Shown here piece by piece: positions 9,608 through 18,312 of a DNA stretch of 64,000 nucleotides. The notes beneath the pieces are model-generated. The model had not been told where the DNA came from. It worked only from the letters and a program-made list of their open reading frames with translations, and ran no database searches. Position numbers and translations under genes: made by a program. The stretch's first letter is position 1. Each line of letters starts with the position of its first letter. Source of the stretch: an uncultured Clostridia bacterium (GTDB taxonomy: Bacteria; Bacillota; Clostridia; Oscillospirales; Acutalibacteraceae). Location: contig CAMEBF010000008.1 in assembly GCA_945912145.1 (NCBI GenBank), forward strand, positions 12,925 to 76,924, in the 5' to 3' direction.

Positions 9608-11494
9608 ATGAAGCATAAAATCTCAAGGAAGGTCCTTTCTTGCATTCTTGCCGTCGTTATGATCTTCGGCATTTCTGCAACTGCCTTTGCGGCGGATTCC
9701 GAATATAAGAATCCCATCGTTGTCGTAAACGGCATTGCCAACAATCCCCTTTACGCCAATCCGAACACCGCCGGCGCAACGCAGGTGTTCCCTCCCAATA
9801 ATATCACGTCGATCGCGCTGACGACTGAGATGTATATCAGCGGCATTGTCGCGCTCGCTTCCGACGATTACGATCAGATTATGAATTATTTCGTCGGCTC
9901 TCAGCTTTATGAAAAGTTCGAGAAGATCCAGCTCAATCCCGACGGAACCTCCAAGAGCGAAAACCTCGGTCCCATTGTGTATGACTACTCTCTTTCATAC
10001 TATACGACCGATACCGAGCAGTTTGATGTCATCGCCGGCTCCATCGGTAAAGGTATGTGTGAAAAAGTCGGTTATGATAAGGTATATGTTTATACCTATG
10101 ACTGGCGTCTCGATCCCATCGAGAATGCAAAAGGTCTGGACGAGTTCATTCAGAACGTAAAGGCCCAGTCCCGCAAAGAGCAGGTTTCCATCATTTCCGA
10201 GGGCTACGGCTCCACAATCGCGACGACCTATCTTGCCGAATGCTATGAGAACGCCACCGCCGATGTTGACAACTTCGTCACCGTCAACTCCGCTTTCGAG
10301 GGTTCCTCCGTCATCGGCGATCTTTTCACCGGCCGTCTGATCCGTCAGTATAATGAGCTTCAGGCCGCAACCAGTGCGTTTATCCGTTACACGAACGATA
10401 TTTCCGATAATCCTGCAACATGGTTCGCAACCTGGCTGACCAACTATATCCTGAATAAGAACTGGGAGACGCAGGATCTGATCGCCCATACCATTACGAT
10501 GATGGGTCATGTCCGTGACAATCTCTACGATAAGTACTTAAGAGATCTCCTCAAGAATTTCGTCGGTCTGTGGGCAATGGTTCCTGTTGAGTATTACGAT
10601 GAGGCGATGGACTTCATGTTCATCAACGATCTCACGACGGACGAGGATTACAACAGCGAGTTCCAGGAGAAGCTTCAGGCGTTCAAGAATTATCAGACCT
10701 CCGCTCCCGAGATTCTCAACAGAGCCAAATCCGAGGGCATCAATATCTCCGTCATTTCCTGCTGGAATATCCAGATTGTCCCCATCGGCGACAACAAAGC
10801 TTCCGAAGATGAGCTTTTTGGTCTGTCCGCGCAGAGCGACGGCCTGATTGATACGTACTATTCGAGCTTCGGTGCTTACACGATCCCTCTGAATGATGTC
10901 GGCGCAGCAGCTCAGAATAAGAATCAGCGCTACAAAGAGGGTGAATGCGCCAATCATTACCATCTGAGCGCAGAATATGATATGCTCAATCCCGAAATGA
11001 GCCTCGGTGCCATCTGCCATTACATCGACGCTTCGACCTGCGCGCTGCCGGATAACACATGGTTTATCCGCAACATGAAGTACGGCACGTTTGATGTAGA
11101 GAGCAATGCGTTCGATCTGCTTGTCTATCTTGTCACGGCAGAAAAGACAACTTCTGTTTTCAGCAATGTGAAGTATACGCAGTTCCTGAATTATAACCGC
11201 TATGTCAAGCCCGGTTATTTGTCGATTCCTGAGTATAACATTACCGATGGCAATTATAAACTCGGCGACGTCGATCTGGACGGCAAGGTCACGGCGGCTG
11301 ACGCCAGACTGGTGCTTCGTATGGCAGCTCGTCTTGAGCCCTATCCCGAAGCGGACTCCGTCGTCTTCAAGAATGCCGATGTCAACGGCAACGGCAGAAT
11401 TACCGCGGTTGACGCGAGAATCATTCTCCGCGTAGTCGCCGCGTTGGCTACCTTTGACGATTACATGGGTACCGACGATACTGTCAAAGTCTGA
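9608..11494 (+). CDS. secreted alpha/beta-hydrolase-like (lipase/esterase-like) protein with a C-terminal type I dockerin
   Basis: Signal peptide MKHKISRKVLSCILAVVMIFGISATAFA. The dockerin (about 11264-11455) has two Ca-binding repeats, GDVDLDGKVTAADARLVLR and ADVNGNGRITAVDARIILR. The hydrolase call is weak (degenerate IISEGYG elbow). Confidence 0.7.
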   Translation: MKHKISRKVLSCILAVVMIFGISATAFAADSEYKNPIVVVNGIANNPLYANPNTAGATQVFPPNNITSIALTTEMYISGIVALASDDYDQIMNYFVGSQLYEKFEKIQLNPDGTSKSENLGPIVYDYSLSYYTTDTEQFDVIAGSIGKGMCEKVGYDKVYVYTYDWRLDPIENAKGLDEFIQNVKAQSRKEQVSIISEGYGSTIATTYLAECYENATADVDNFVTVNSAFEGSSVIGDLFTGRLIRQYNELQAATSAFIRYTNDISDNPATWFATWLTNYILNKNWETQDLIAHTITMMGHVRDNLYDKYLRDLLKNFVGLWAMVPVEYYDEAMDFMFINDLTTDEDYNSEFQEKLQAFKNYQTSAPEILNRAKSEGINISVISCWNIQIVPIGDNKASEDELFGLSAQSDGLIDTYYSSFGAYTIPLNDVGAAAQNKNQRYKEGECANHYHLSAEYDMLNPEMSLGAICHYIDASTCALPDNTWFIRNMKYGTFDVESNAFDLLVYLVTAEKTTSVFSNVKYTQFLNYNRYVKPGYLSIPEYNITDGNYKLGDVDLDGKVTAADARLVLRMAARLEPYPEADSVVFKNADVNGNGRITAVDARIILRVVAALATFDDYMGTDDTVKV

Positions 11495-11515
11495 TTCAGA
11501 CAATCAAAGATCTCC

Positions 11516-11545
11516 CGGCTGTCCGAAAGGGCAGCCGTTTTTTTT
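11516..11545 (+). terminator. rho-independent terminator
   Basis: CGGCTGTCC-GAAA-GGGCAGCCG followed by T8. Confidence 0.8.
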
Positions 11546-11661
11546 CGCTTTTGTCTCTTGCTTTTCATTATATATAAGAAATATATAGGAAGAGATCATT
11601 TTTCTGCGATATTTTTTTGGGTCATGCTCATAAAAAATGCAATATTTTATGGAAAGATTTA

Positions 11662-11690
11662 TTGACAATTATGACCTCTTCGTTTATAAT
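11662..11690 (+). promoter_or_regulatory. consensus sigma-70-type promoter
   Basis: TTGACA, 17 nt, TATAAT. The 16 nt ATTGACAATTATGACC recur at 46787-46802. Confidence 0.7.
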
Positions 11691-11756
11691 AAAACTGAAT
11701 CATGATAGGGTAGTGGAACTTTTACTCTGTCAAAAGTGTTATAGGAGGAAAAGCAC

Positions 11757-14700
11757 ATGAAACATTTTGGAAAAAAAGCGTTATCCGTGTTTTTGTCGCT
11801 GGTTATGATGTTTTCCGTGTTTGCGATTCTCGGTGCGCCGATCACGGCATCGGCCGCGGCTGAGGTTTCAAACCCGCGTCAGGGCGGCGTGCAGGTCATT
11901 TTTACCAACAGTACCACGGCAACGCAGACGAACATCGATTTTGTCGATCCTTCTTCGTCAACTACGTATTATATCCGGTTTATCAACCGGTCTACGCACA
12001 CGGCGACGATCACCGGCTTTAACAACAGTTCCTATGTTGACGGCACGGTAGTCGGGCAGACGATCGCCTCCGGCGGTTCGCTGACGTTCCCGATCAAGAA
12101 GGAACAGTTCGGCACGACGGACGGTTCGATCTGGAACTTCTGCATTTCGTATACGCTCGATAACGTGTACGGCGCCGACGGCGAGACGCTCTACCGCTTC
12201 AATCAGGCGGCTTATATCGGTTCCTGGTATACGGCGAATGATTCCAAAGCGATTTCCGATGTCAACAACAATCAGTACGGTTTTACGATCAGAAACGGCA
12301 ACAATCTGAATATTACAAGCCGATTCATGACGGATAAAGGTATTCTGGAATCTGCCTCTCTTTCCGGAGACGGTTCGACCAATGTCACCTTTACTTATAA
12401 CTATTGGATTGACACGACCGGTCTGAGCGCTGCGAATGAAAGCAGCTATTCCTCTCAGCCCAGTGCCAAAACATGGGAAGCCCTCGGTTTCAGAATGTTC
12501 GCGCAGAAATGGTCGGGCAACCGTCACCATCTGCAGCCGAGCGGTCAGAATGTCGGTACACTTACGCTCGGCGGTAACTACAGCGCGATAGGCAGCATGT
12601 CGATGGCGGACCTGGTCACAAGCTATTCTGCCGCGACAGACGGCTTCAACTATCCGGCTTCGGGTCGTCCCTGGGCAAACTCTTCCAGAAATTATTGTAC
12701 GCCGTTTTGGGACGGTCAGACACAGACAAGATACGGTACCTTGTATAACAATTCCGGTGAAAGCTGTTACTTCCGTTTCTGCGGCGCACTGCCGACTCCC
12801 GGTACATCCTCCGCAAATCCCTTTACGGTAACATTTACGAATATCCTCTGGAGAAACCCCATGTCGGGCGGCGGCAACGGCTATTTCTCCGGTACGATCA
12901 ACTGCTATGTCTTTGATAAAACAACCTTAAGCAACTATGTCAGAAGCATGGCGGGTCTTGCGGACTTTGCGCCGCTCTCCGGTCGCTATACCTCTTCTGC
13001 CTGGAATGCTTACAATTCCGCTTTGCAGACGGCCATGACGGTTCTTGCCAACCAGAAAACGAATCAGAAAGCGGTTACGGACGCGTATAACGCTCTCGTC
13101 AGCGCGGTCAACAACCTCAATGTTACCTCCAACATGACGCAGGTCGTCTATGTGAACCATGTTCTTTTCAACGGCGAAGTCGATCCGATGGCGATCGCCG
13201 GTGATCATAACGATTCCCGTTATATCATGACAGGCGTCAACTCCGGCACCTATACGGTTCCCTATCTGGCGGCTTTTAACGGTATGTATAACAAACGCAC
13301 GGCTGTTTCCGCGAAGACCTATAATTCCTCGACCACCGGTTCTCTGGATAATGTCACGGTGACATATTGGAATATTGATCTTTCCAATATTCAGAATGCC
13401 GTTGACAGGGCCAACGCGATTATCAATGCGGATTACTGCTATTCCGAGGATTATAAAAACAGCCTGAAAGCAAAACGCGATGAGTTGATCGGCTATGCCG
13501 AGGTCAATTCGGCGACGCCGCTCTACCAGTCGAGCGTCAACTCGGCGATCACCGCGATTGAAACGCTCGAAACGGCAAAGAATGATGACAGCAACCATTC
13601 GCACGTTGCCGATGATTGGGAAATTACGGCAGAAGCGACCTGCACAACGACCGGTACAAAGGTTCAGTATTGTAAATACTGTCATACGCGTATGGCGACG
13701 GAAACCATCCCCGCCACCGGTCACTCCTACGGTGCATGGTCGAGCAACAACGACGGTACACACTCCAGAGTCTGCTCGGTCTGCAGTGATGTTGATACGG
13801 TATCTTGTACTGCTACTTATGTACATATAACAGTTGACCCGACCTGTACCGTAGGCGGCTATGATAATCACACCTGCTCCGTCTGTGGTTACTCCTATCA
13901 GGATAATTATACCGACGCTACCGGTCATTCCTGGAATGCCGGCGAAGTGACGACGCCTGCCACCTGTACGGCAACCGGTGTCAAGACCTTTACCTGTACG
14001 GTCTGCGACGAAATCAGAACGGAAGATATTCCGATGCTCGATCACGATTATGACACCAACGGCGACGGTACAGTCACGGCAGAGGATGGCGTTGTGACGA
14101 CCCAGCCGACCTGCACCGAAAAGGGTGTCAGAACCTACACCTGTAAAACCTGCGGCGGCGCGAGCTACACGGAAGATATTCCCGCGAACGGCCACAGCTA
14201 TACGGCGGTCGTAACGGATCCGACCTGTACGGAAAAAGGCTATACCACGTACACCTGCTCCGTCTGCGGCAATAACTATAAGGCCGATTATACCGACGCG
14301 CTCGGTCATGATTATGCTTCGAGCGTCACGACGGAACCCACCTGTACGGAAAAGGGCGTCAAGACTTACACCTGCACCCGTTGCGGCGATTCCTATACGG
14401 AAGACATTGATCCGCTCGGACACGATTATGTGGCTGCGGTAACCGATCCGACCTGTCTGGATCAGGGGTATACCACCTATACCTGCTCTCGCTGCGGCGA
14501 CAGCTATGTGGACGATTATACCGACGCGCTCGGTCATGATTTCGTGGATTCGGATATTGCGTTTGACGCGGACTGCACGAATGACGGCGTGATGAACCAG
14601 AAGTGCTCCCGTTGCGACGCGACCACCACGAGAGTGATCCCCGCAAAGGGTCATACATGGGGCAGCATTAAAGAGCAGGTTTCTCCCACCTGTACGACCA

Positions 14701-16319
14701 CCGGTCTGATGGCTGCAAAATGTGAGGTCTGCGGACTTGTTGACAGCGGTATTGAGATTCCCGCGCTCGGTCACGACATTGTGATTGATGTCGAATACAA
14801 AGCGGAAACCTGTACAGAAGACGGCAGAACCGAAGGACACCATTGCTCCCGCTGCTCCGATGAAACGGTCGTCAGCGAAGTAATTCCCGCAAAAGGTCAC
14901 TCTCCGTATGTCTCTAAGGCAGCGCAGGCGGCCACCTGTACCGCCGATGGCTGGACGCAGGAAGTCAAGTGCCGTCATGACGCTTCGGAAATCCTGGAAG
15001 CAAGCACACTGATTCCGGCACTTGGCCATGACTATGTGGATTCGGTCACCGATCCGACCTGTACGACGGACGGCTACACGACCCATACCTGCTCCCGTTG
15101 CGACGACAGCTATACCGATACAATCGTACCGAAGCTCGGCCACGATTGGGGCGATCCCATCTCCGTGACGCCGGCAACCTGTACGACGGACGGCAAAGAG
15201 GTTTACGAGTGCTCCCGTTGTCACGAACAGAAGACGGAAGTCCTCACGGCAACCGGTCACAGCTGGAATGAGGGCGTTGTCACCAAGACGCCGACCTGTA
15301 CCGAAACCGGTGCGATTGAATACACCTGTACGGTCTGCGGCTATGTCAACTCCGTCGTTCTCGCACCCAAGGGACACACCTACAACATCACCGTGACGCC
15401 TCCCACCTGCATGACGGACGGCTTTACCACGCATTCCTGCGTCGTTTGCGGCTATTCGTATGAGAGCGATAAGATTCCGGCAACCGGCCATAACTTCGAT
15501 ATCACGGTGACGGCGCCGACCTGTACCGATCAGGGCTATACGACCTATCGCTGCACGCTCTGCGGTTACACCTATAAGGACGATTATACCTCTCCCACAG
15601 GCCATACTTATGATGAGTATGTGGTAGCCGCAACCTGCACCGAGCAGGGCTACACAAGCTACACCTGTGTTGTCTGCGGTCACACCTACACCGGCGACTA
15701 TGTCGCGCCGCTCGGCCACGACTATATTGAGTACGAAGTTGCGCCGACCTGCTCCGAACAGGGCTACACCTATCACGGCTGCTCGCGCTGCGATTCCTCG
15801 TACAAGGATAACTATACCGATCCTTTGGGACATCATTTCATCGAGACGGACAGAGTTTCCGCCACGAAGACGAAGAGCGGCTATATCCTCTACACCTGCG
15901 ACCGCTGCGGTTATGAGTATAAGGAAGTGCTCTATGTCGGCGGCAAGGCTCTTGTCTGCGAGACGCTCTATGATGCAAACGGCAAGCCCGTGAAGCAGGC
16001 GACGATCTATGTGACGAATCTCGATACCGATGAGACCTTCGTCATGTCCACCGACCTCAACGGTTACTTCACATACGTATTCCCCGTCGGCAACTGGGAG
16101 CTGAAGATTCACAAGGATCTTTACAGCGACGCAATCGGTACGATCATTGTCGAAGACGGCAAGGCGGACGTCAATCTGCCCATCATGCAGACCAATCCCT
16201 GTGATTGTCTGTGTCATCAGGATAACGTCTGGGCGAAGCTCTTCCGCGTGATCCTGAAGCTTCTCAAGCTCTTCGGTTACGATTCTCAGTGCTGCGCGGA
16301 CAGCGACCTCTGGCTGTAA
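11757..16319 (+). CDS. giant secreted protein with about 20 Cys-rich (CxnCxxC..GH) repeats, a CarboxypepD_reg-like domain and a Cys-rich amphipathic tail
   Basis: 1520 aa. AGGAGG RBS and signal peptide ..PITASAAAE. FIVAR-like helical segments. Repeat units such as PTCTEKGYTTYTCSVCGNNYKADYTDALGHDY. Tail NPCDCLCHQDNVWAKLFRVILKLLKLFG. Confidence 0.85.
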   Translation: MKHFGKKALSVFLSLVMMFSVFAILGAPITASAAAEVSNPRQGGVQVIFTNSTTATQTNIDFVDPSSSTTYYIRFINRSTHTATITGFNNSSYVDGTVVGQTIASGGSLTFPIKKEQFGTTDGSIWNFCISYTLDNVYGADGETLYRFNQAAYIGSWYTANDSKAISDVNNNQYGFTIRNGNNLNITSRFMTDKGILESASLSGDGSTNVTFTYNYWIDTTGLSAANESSYSSQPSAKTWEALGFRMFAQKWSGNRHHLQPSGQNVGTLTLGGNYSAIGSMSMADLVTSYSAATDGFNYPASGRPWANSSRNYCTPFWDGQTQTRYGTLYNNSGESCYFRFCGALPTPGTSSANPFTVTFTNILWRNPMSGGGNGYFSGTINCYVFDKTTLSNYVRSMAGLADFAPLSGRYTSSAWNAYNSALQTAMTVLANQKTNQKAVTDAYNALVSAVNNLNVTSNMTQVVYVNHVLFNGEVDPMAIAGDHNDSRYIMTGVNSGTYTVPYLAAFNGMYNKRTAVSAKTYNSSTTGSLDNVTVTYWNIDLSNIQNAVDRANAIINADYCYSEDYKNSLKAKRDELIGYAEVNSATPLYQSSVNSAITAIETLETAKNDDSNHSHVADDWEITAEATCTTTGTKVQYCKYCHTRMATETIPATGHSYGAWSSNNDGTHSRVCSVCSDVDTVSCTATYVHITVDPTCTVGGYDNHTCSVCGYSYQDNYTDATGHSWNAGEVTTPATCTATGVKTFTCTVCDEIRTEDIPMLDHDYDTNGDGTVTAEDGVVTTQPTCTEKGVRTYTCKTCGGASYTEDIPANGHSYTAVVTDPTCTEKGYTTYTCSVCGNNYKADYTDALGHDYASSVTTEPTCTEKGVKTYTCTRCGDSYTEDIDPLGHDYVAAVTDPTCLDQGYTTYTCSRCGDSYVDDYTDALGHDFVDSDIAFDADCTNDGVMNQKCSRCDATTTRVIPAKGHTWGSIKEQVSPTCTTTGLMAAKCEVCGLVDSGIEIPALGHDIVIDVEYKAETCTEDGRTEGHHCSRCSDETVVSEVIPAKGHSPYVSKAAQAATCTADGWTQEVKCRHDASEILEASTLIPALGHDYVDSVTDPTCTTDGYTTHTCSRCDDSYTDTIVPKLGHDWGDPISVTPATCTTDGKEVYECSRCHEQKTEVLTATGHSWNEGVVTKTPTCTETGAIEYTCTVCGYVNSVVLAPKGHTYNITVTPPTCMTDGFTTHSCVVCGYSYESDKIPATGHNFDITVTAPTCTDQGYTTYRCTLCGYTYKDDYTSPTGHTYDEYVVAATCTEQGYTSYTCVVCGHTYTGDYVAPLGHDYIEYEVAPTCSEQGYTYHGCSRCDSSYKDNYTDPLGHHFIETDRVSATKTKSGYILYTCDRCGYEYKEVLYVGGKALVCETLYDANGKPVKQATIYVTNLDTDETFVMSTDLNGYFTYVFPVGNWELKIHKDLYSDAIGTIIVEDGKADVNLPIMQTNPCDCLCHQDNVWAKLFRVILKLLKLFGYDSQCCADSDLWL
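13633..15945 (+). repeat. in-frame tandem coding repeats (about 33-36 codons each, about 20 copies)
   Basis: The motif (P/A)TC(T)x(x)G..(T/Y)xCxxC(G/D)...(10-14)..GH recurs throughout this part of the translated ORF. Confidence 0.85.
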
Positions 16320-16337
16320 TCTAATAACACAAAATCA

Positions 16338-16369
16338 GGCGGCTTCCGGAAACGGAAGCCGCCGTTTTT
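16338..16369 (+). terminator. rho-independent terminator
   Basis: GGCGGCTTCCG-GAAA-CGGAAGCCGCC followed by GTTTTT. Confidence 0.85.
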
Positions 16370-16373
16370 GTTA

Positions 16374-16516
16374 CGGCGCGTTGCGCCGCAGTGATGTTTG
16401 TCCCTGCGGGGCAAGTGAAGCAGTCCTTCGGGCTATGAAGTATCGGCTTCGCCGAAGTGAAGTATTTGCCTTCGGCAAATGTTTCGGAAGCCCTGCGGGG
16501 TTGGATTTATAAAAAA
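16374..16516 (+). repeat. dispersed intergenic mini-hairpin array, copy A
   Basis: Six short GC hairpins with T(T/G)C triloops about 22 nt apart, separated by TGAAG-like spacers, ending in GGATTTATAAAA. It aligns along its length with the reverse complement of 32486-32613. Confidence 0.85.
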
Positions 16517-16540
16517 GTCACGATACTTTTGCACCGTGAC

Positions 16541-16569
16541 TTGACAAAATGGATACTATGTATTATAAT
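16541..16569 (+). promoter_or_regulatory. perfect-consensus promoter driving a short non-coding transcript
   Basis: TTGACA, 17 nt, TATAAT. The only downstream elements are a 31-nt conserved motif and the terminator at 16626-16663. Confidence 0.65.
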
Positions 16570-16572
16570 AAA

Positions 16573-16603
16573 GTCAAGAGGTAACCGTTTAAAGCGGTTA
16601 GCG
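16573..16603 (+). promoter_or_regulatory. conserved leader motif, copy 1
   Basis: GTCAAGAGGTAACCGTTTAAAGCGGTTAGCG. A paralogous copy lies on the minus strand at 16751-16784. Confidence 0.5.
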
Positions 16604-16625
16604 TCAGTTTTCAAAATTTAATTCA

Positions 16626-16663
16626 AACAACCGTCACTTTGCCGAGTGGCGGTTGTTGTTTTT
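16626..16663. terminator. bidirectional rho-independent terminator
   Basis: AACAACCGTCACT / AGTGGCGGTTGTT 13-bp stem (one G-U pair). It has a T-run on the + strand and a T-rich tail on the - strand, and sits between convergent promoters. Confidence 0.8.
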
Positions 16664-16727
16664 AACACGAATCTGGATCGTATAAGTACGTTTCCTGATA
16701 TAAAATGTAAGTGTTAAAATCATACAT
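16662..16727 (-). CDS. candidate 21-codon sORF (MYDFNTYILYQETYLYDPDSC)
   Basis: GGAAGGAGGTGAT-ATG gives a strong RBS. The SD can pair with an upstream CCTCC (16745..16741). The terminator follows the stop immediately. The longer tracked ORF (to 16847) would start inside the promoter. Confidence 0.4.
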   Translation of the reverse strand: MYDFNTYILYQETYLYDPDSC

Positions 16728-16750
16728 ATCACCTCCTTCCGGAGGAAATA

Positions 16751-16784
16751 CGCTAACCGCCTTATTCTCGGTAAACCTCTTGAC
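16751..16784 (-). promoter_or_regulatory. conserved leader motif, copy 2
   Basis: The minus strand reads GTCAAGAGGTTTACCGAGAATAAGGCGGTTAGCG, between the promoter and the sequestered SD of the sORF. Confidence 0.5.
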
Positions 16785-16818
16785 TGTTCCAAAAATCGAA
16801 AGATTCCGGAACAACTTG

Positions 16819-16847
16819 ATTATAAAATATATAGGGAATTTTGTCAA
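16819..16847 (-). promoter_or_regulatory. perfect-consensus promoter (minus strand)
   Basis: The reverse complement reads TTGACA, 17 nt, TATAAT. Confidence 0.65.
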
Positions 16848-16989
16848 TAATTTCTACAGAATAAAAATAGTCTGATTATGAAAAAATTGATCTTGCAATT
16901 CCGGGATTTATTTGCTATAATAAACAAAAATAAAAGAGAAATAATTTTATAATTTATTCAAATAGCAAAGATTCACAGGAGGAATGACC

Positions 16990-18312
16990 ATGAAAATAAC
17001 CTTTATGGGCGCCGGCAGTACGGTGTTCGCGAAGAATGTCTTAGGCGATGTGATGTGCACGCCTGCGCTGCGTGAGTGCGAGATCGCGCTGTACGATATT
17101 GACGGCAAACGGCTCGAGGAATCCTATATTATGGTGGATTGCCTGAACCGCAACATCAACGAATCCCGTGCTGTCGTCAAAAAATATCTCGGTGTCGAGA
17201 ACCGCAAGGACGCGCTTCGGGGTGCCGATTTCGTTGTGAACGCCATTCAGGTGGGGCTGTATGAGCCATGCACCGTGACGGATTTTGAGGTTCCGAAAAA
17301 ATATGGACTCCGGCAGACGATCGCGGATTCCAACGGCATCGGTGGCATTTTCCGCGCCCTGCGCACGATCCCTGTTTTGCAGGACTTTACGAGAGATATG
17401 CAGGAGGTATGCCCCGATGCCTACTTCCTGAATTATACGAATCCGATGGCGCAGCTTGCGGGCTTCCTCGGCCGTTACGGCGGCGTCAAATCCGTCGGTC
17501 TGTGCCACAGCGTGCAGAACTGCTCCCGTGGACTGCTCCGTGAACTCGATATCCCGTACACCGACCCGATCTATGAAAAAATCGCCGGCATCAATCACAT
17601 GGGCTGGCTGCTCGAAATCCGCGATAATGACGGCACCGACCTCTATCCCGAGATCCGCCGCCGCGCCAAGGAAAAGCTCGAGCACGACGACGGTGAGTTC
17701 GACGATCTGGTGCGGCTTGAGTACGTGCGCCGGCTCGGCTATTACTGTACCGAATCGAGTGAGCACAACGCGGAATACAACGCCTTTTTCATTAAGAAAG
17801 ACCACCCGGAGCTGATTGACCGTTATCGTATTCCGCTGGACGAATATCCGCGCCGCTGTGTCGAGCAGATCGCACGCTGGGAGAAAGACCGCGAAAAATA
17901 TATGCACAATGACGTCACGCATGAGCGGACGAAAGAATACGCATCGTACATCATGGAGGCGATCGTGACCGACAACGCCTACAAGATCGGCGGCAACGTC
18001 ATCAATACCGGGCATCTGATCGACAATTTCCCGGAGGAAGCGTGCGTCGAGGTGCCGTGTCTGGTCAATCGCGCCGGCATCCAGCCCTGCCGCGTCGGCA
18101 AGCTGCCCTTGCAGCTCGCGGCGATGAATATGAACATGATCAATGTGCACCTGCTGACGATTGAAGCGGCGGTCACGCTGAAAAAAGAATGCATTTATCA
18201 GGCGGCGATGCTCGATCCGCTGTGTGCTTCACAGCTGACGATTGACGAAATCGTGAACCTTTGTGACGATCTGATCGTAGCGCATGAGGGATGGCTGCCC
18301 GAATACCATTAA
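16990..18312 (+). CDS. GH4 family NAD-dependent glycosidase (alpha-galactosidase / alpha-glucosidase-like)
   Basis: MKITFMGAGSTVFAKNVLGD Rossmann N-terminus and a ..GLCHSVQ motif. AGGAGG lies 7 nt before this ATG. An in-frame ATG at 16984 is too close to the RBS. Confidence 0.85.
   Translation: MKITFMGAGSTVFAKNVLGDVMCTPALRECEIALYDIDGKRLEESYIMVDCLNRNINESRAVVKKYLGVENRKDALRGADFVVNAIQVGLYEPCTVTDFEVPKKYGLRQTIADSNGIGGIFRALRTIPVLQDFTRDMQEVCPDAYFLNYTNPMAQLAGFLGRYGGVKSVGLCHSVQNCSRGLLRELDIPYTDPIYEKIAGINHMGWLLEIRDNDGTDLYPEIRRRAKEKLEHDDGEFDDLVRLEYVRRLGYYCTESSEHNAEYNAFFIKKDHPELIDRYRIPLDEYPRRCVEQIARWEKDREKYMHNDVTHERTKEYASYIMEAIVTDNAYKIGGNVINTGHLIDNFPEEACVEVPCLVNRAGIQPCRVGKLPLQLAAMNMNMINVHLLTIEAAVTLKKECIYQAAMLDPLCASQLTIDEIVNLCDDLIVAHEGWLPEYH

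Noticed and set aside
12927-16217. Very long antisense ORFs (for example 12927..16217 -, 1096 aa), along with 26..970 +, 5141..6328 -, 17041..18150 -, 24728..25927 -, 30755..32071 -, 45303..46685 + and 57802..58821 -.
   Set aside because: They mirror well-supported genes on the other strand. They have Arg/Gly/Ala/His-rich low-complexity translations, no RBS and no recognisable motifs. These are typical shadow ORFs in GC-rich coding DNA.
16374-16516. Possible CRISPR array, considered here and also for the 23-bp repeats at 44524-44616.
   Set aside because: The repeats are short hairpins about 22 nt apart, or directly abutting units, with no unique spacers of constant length. There are no cas genes in the window.
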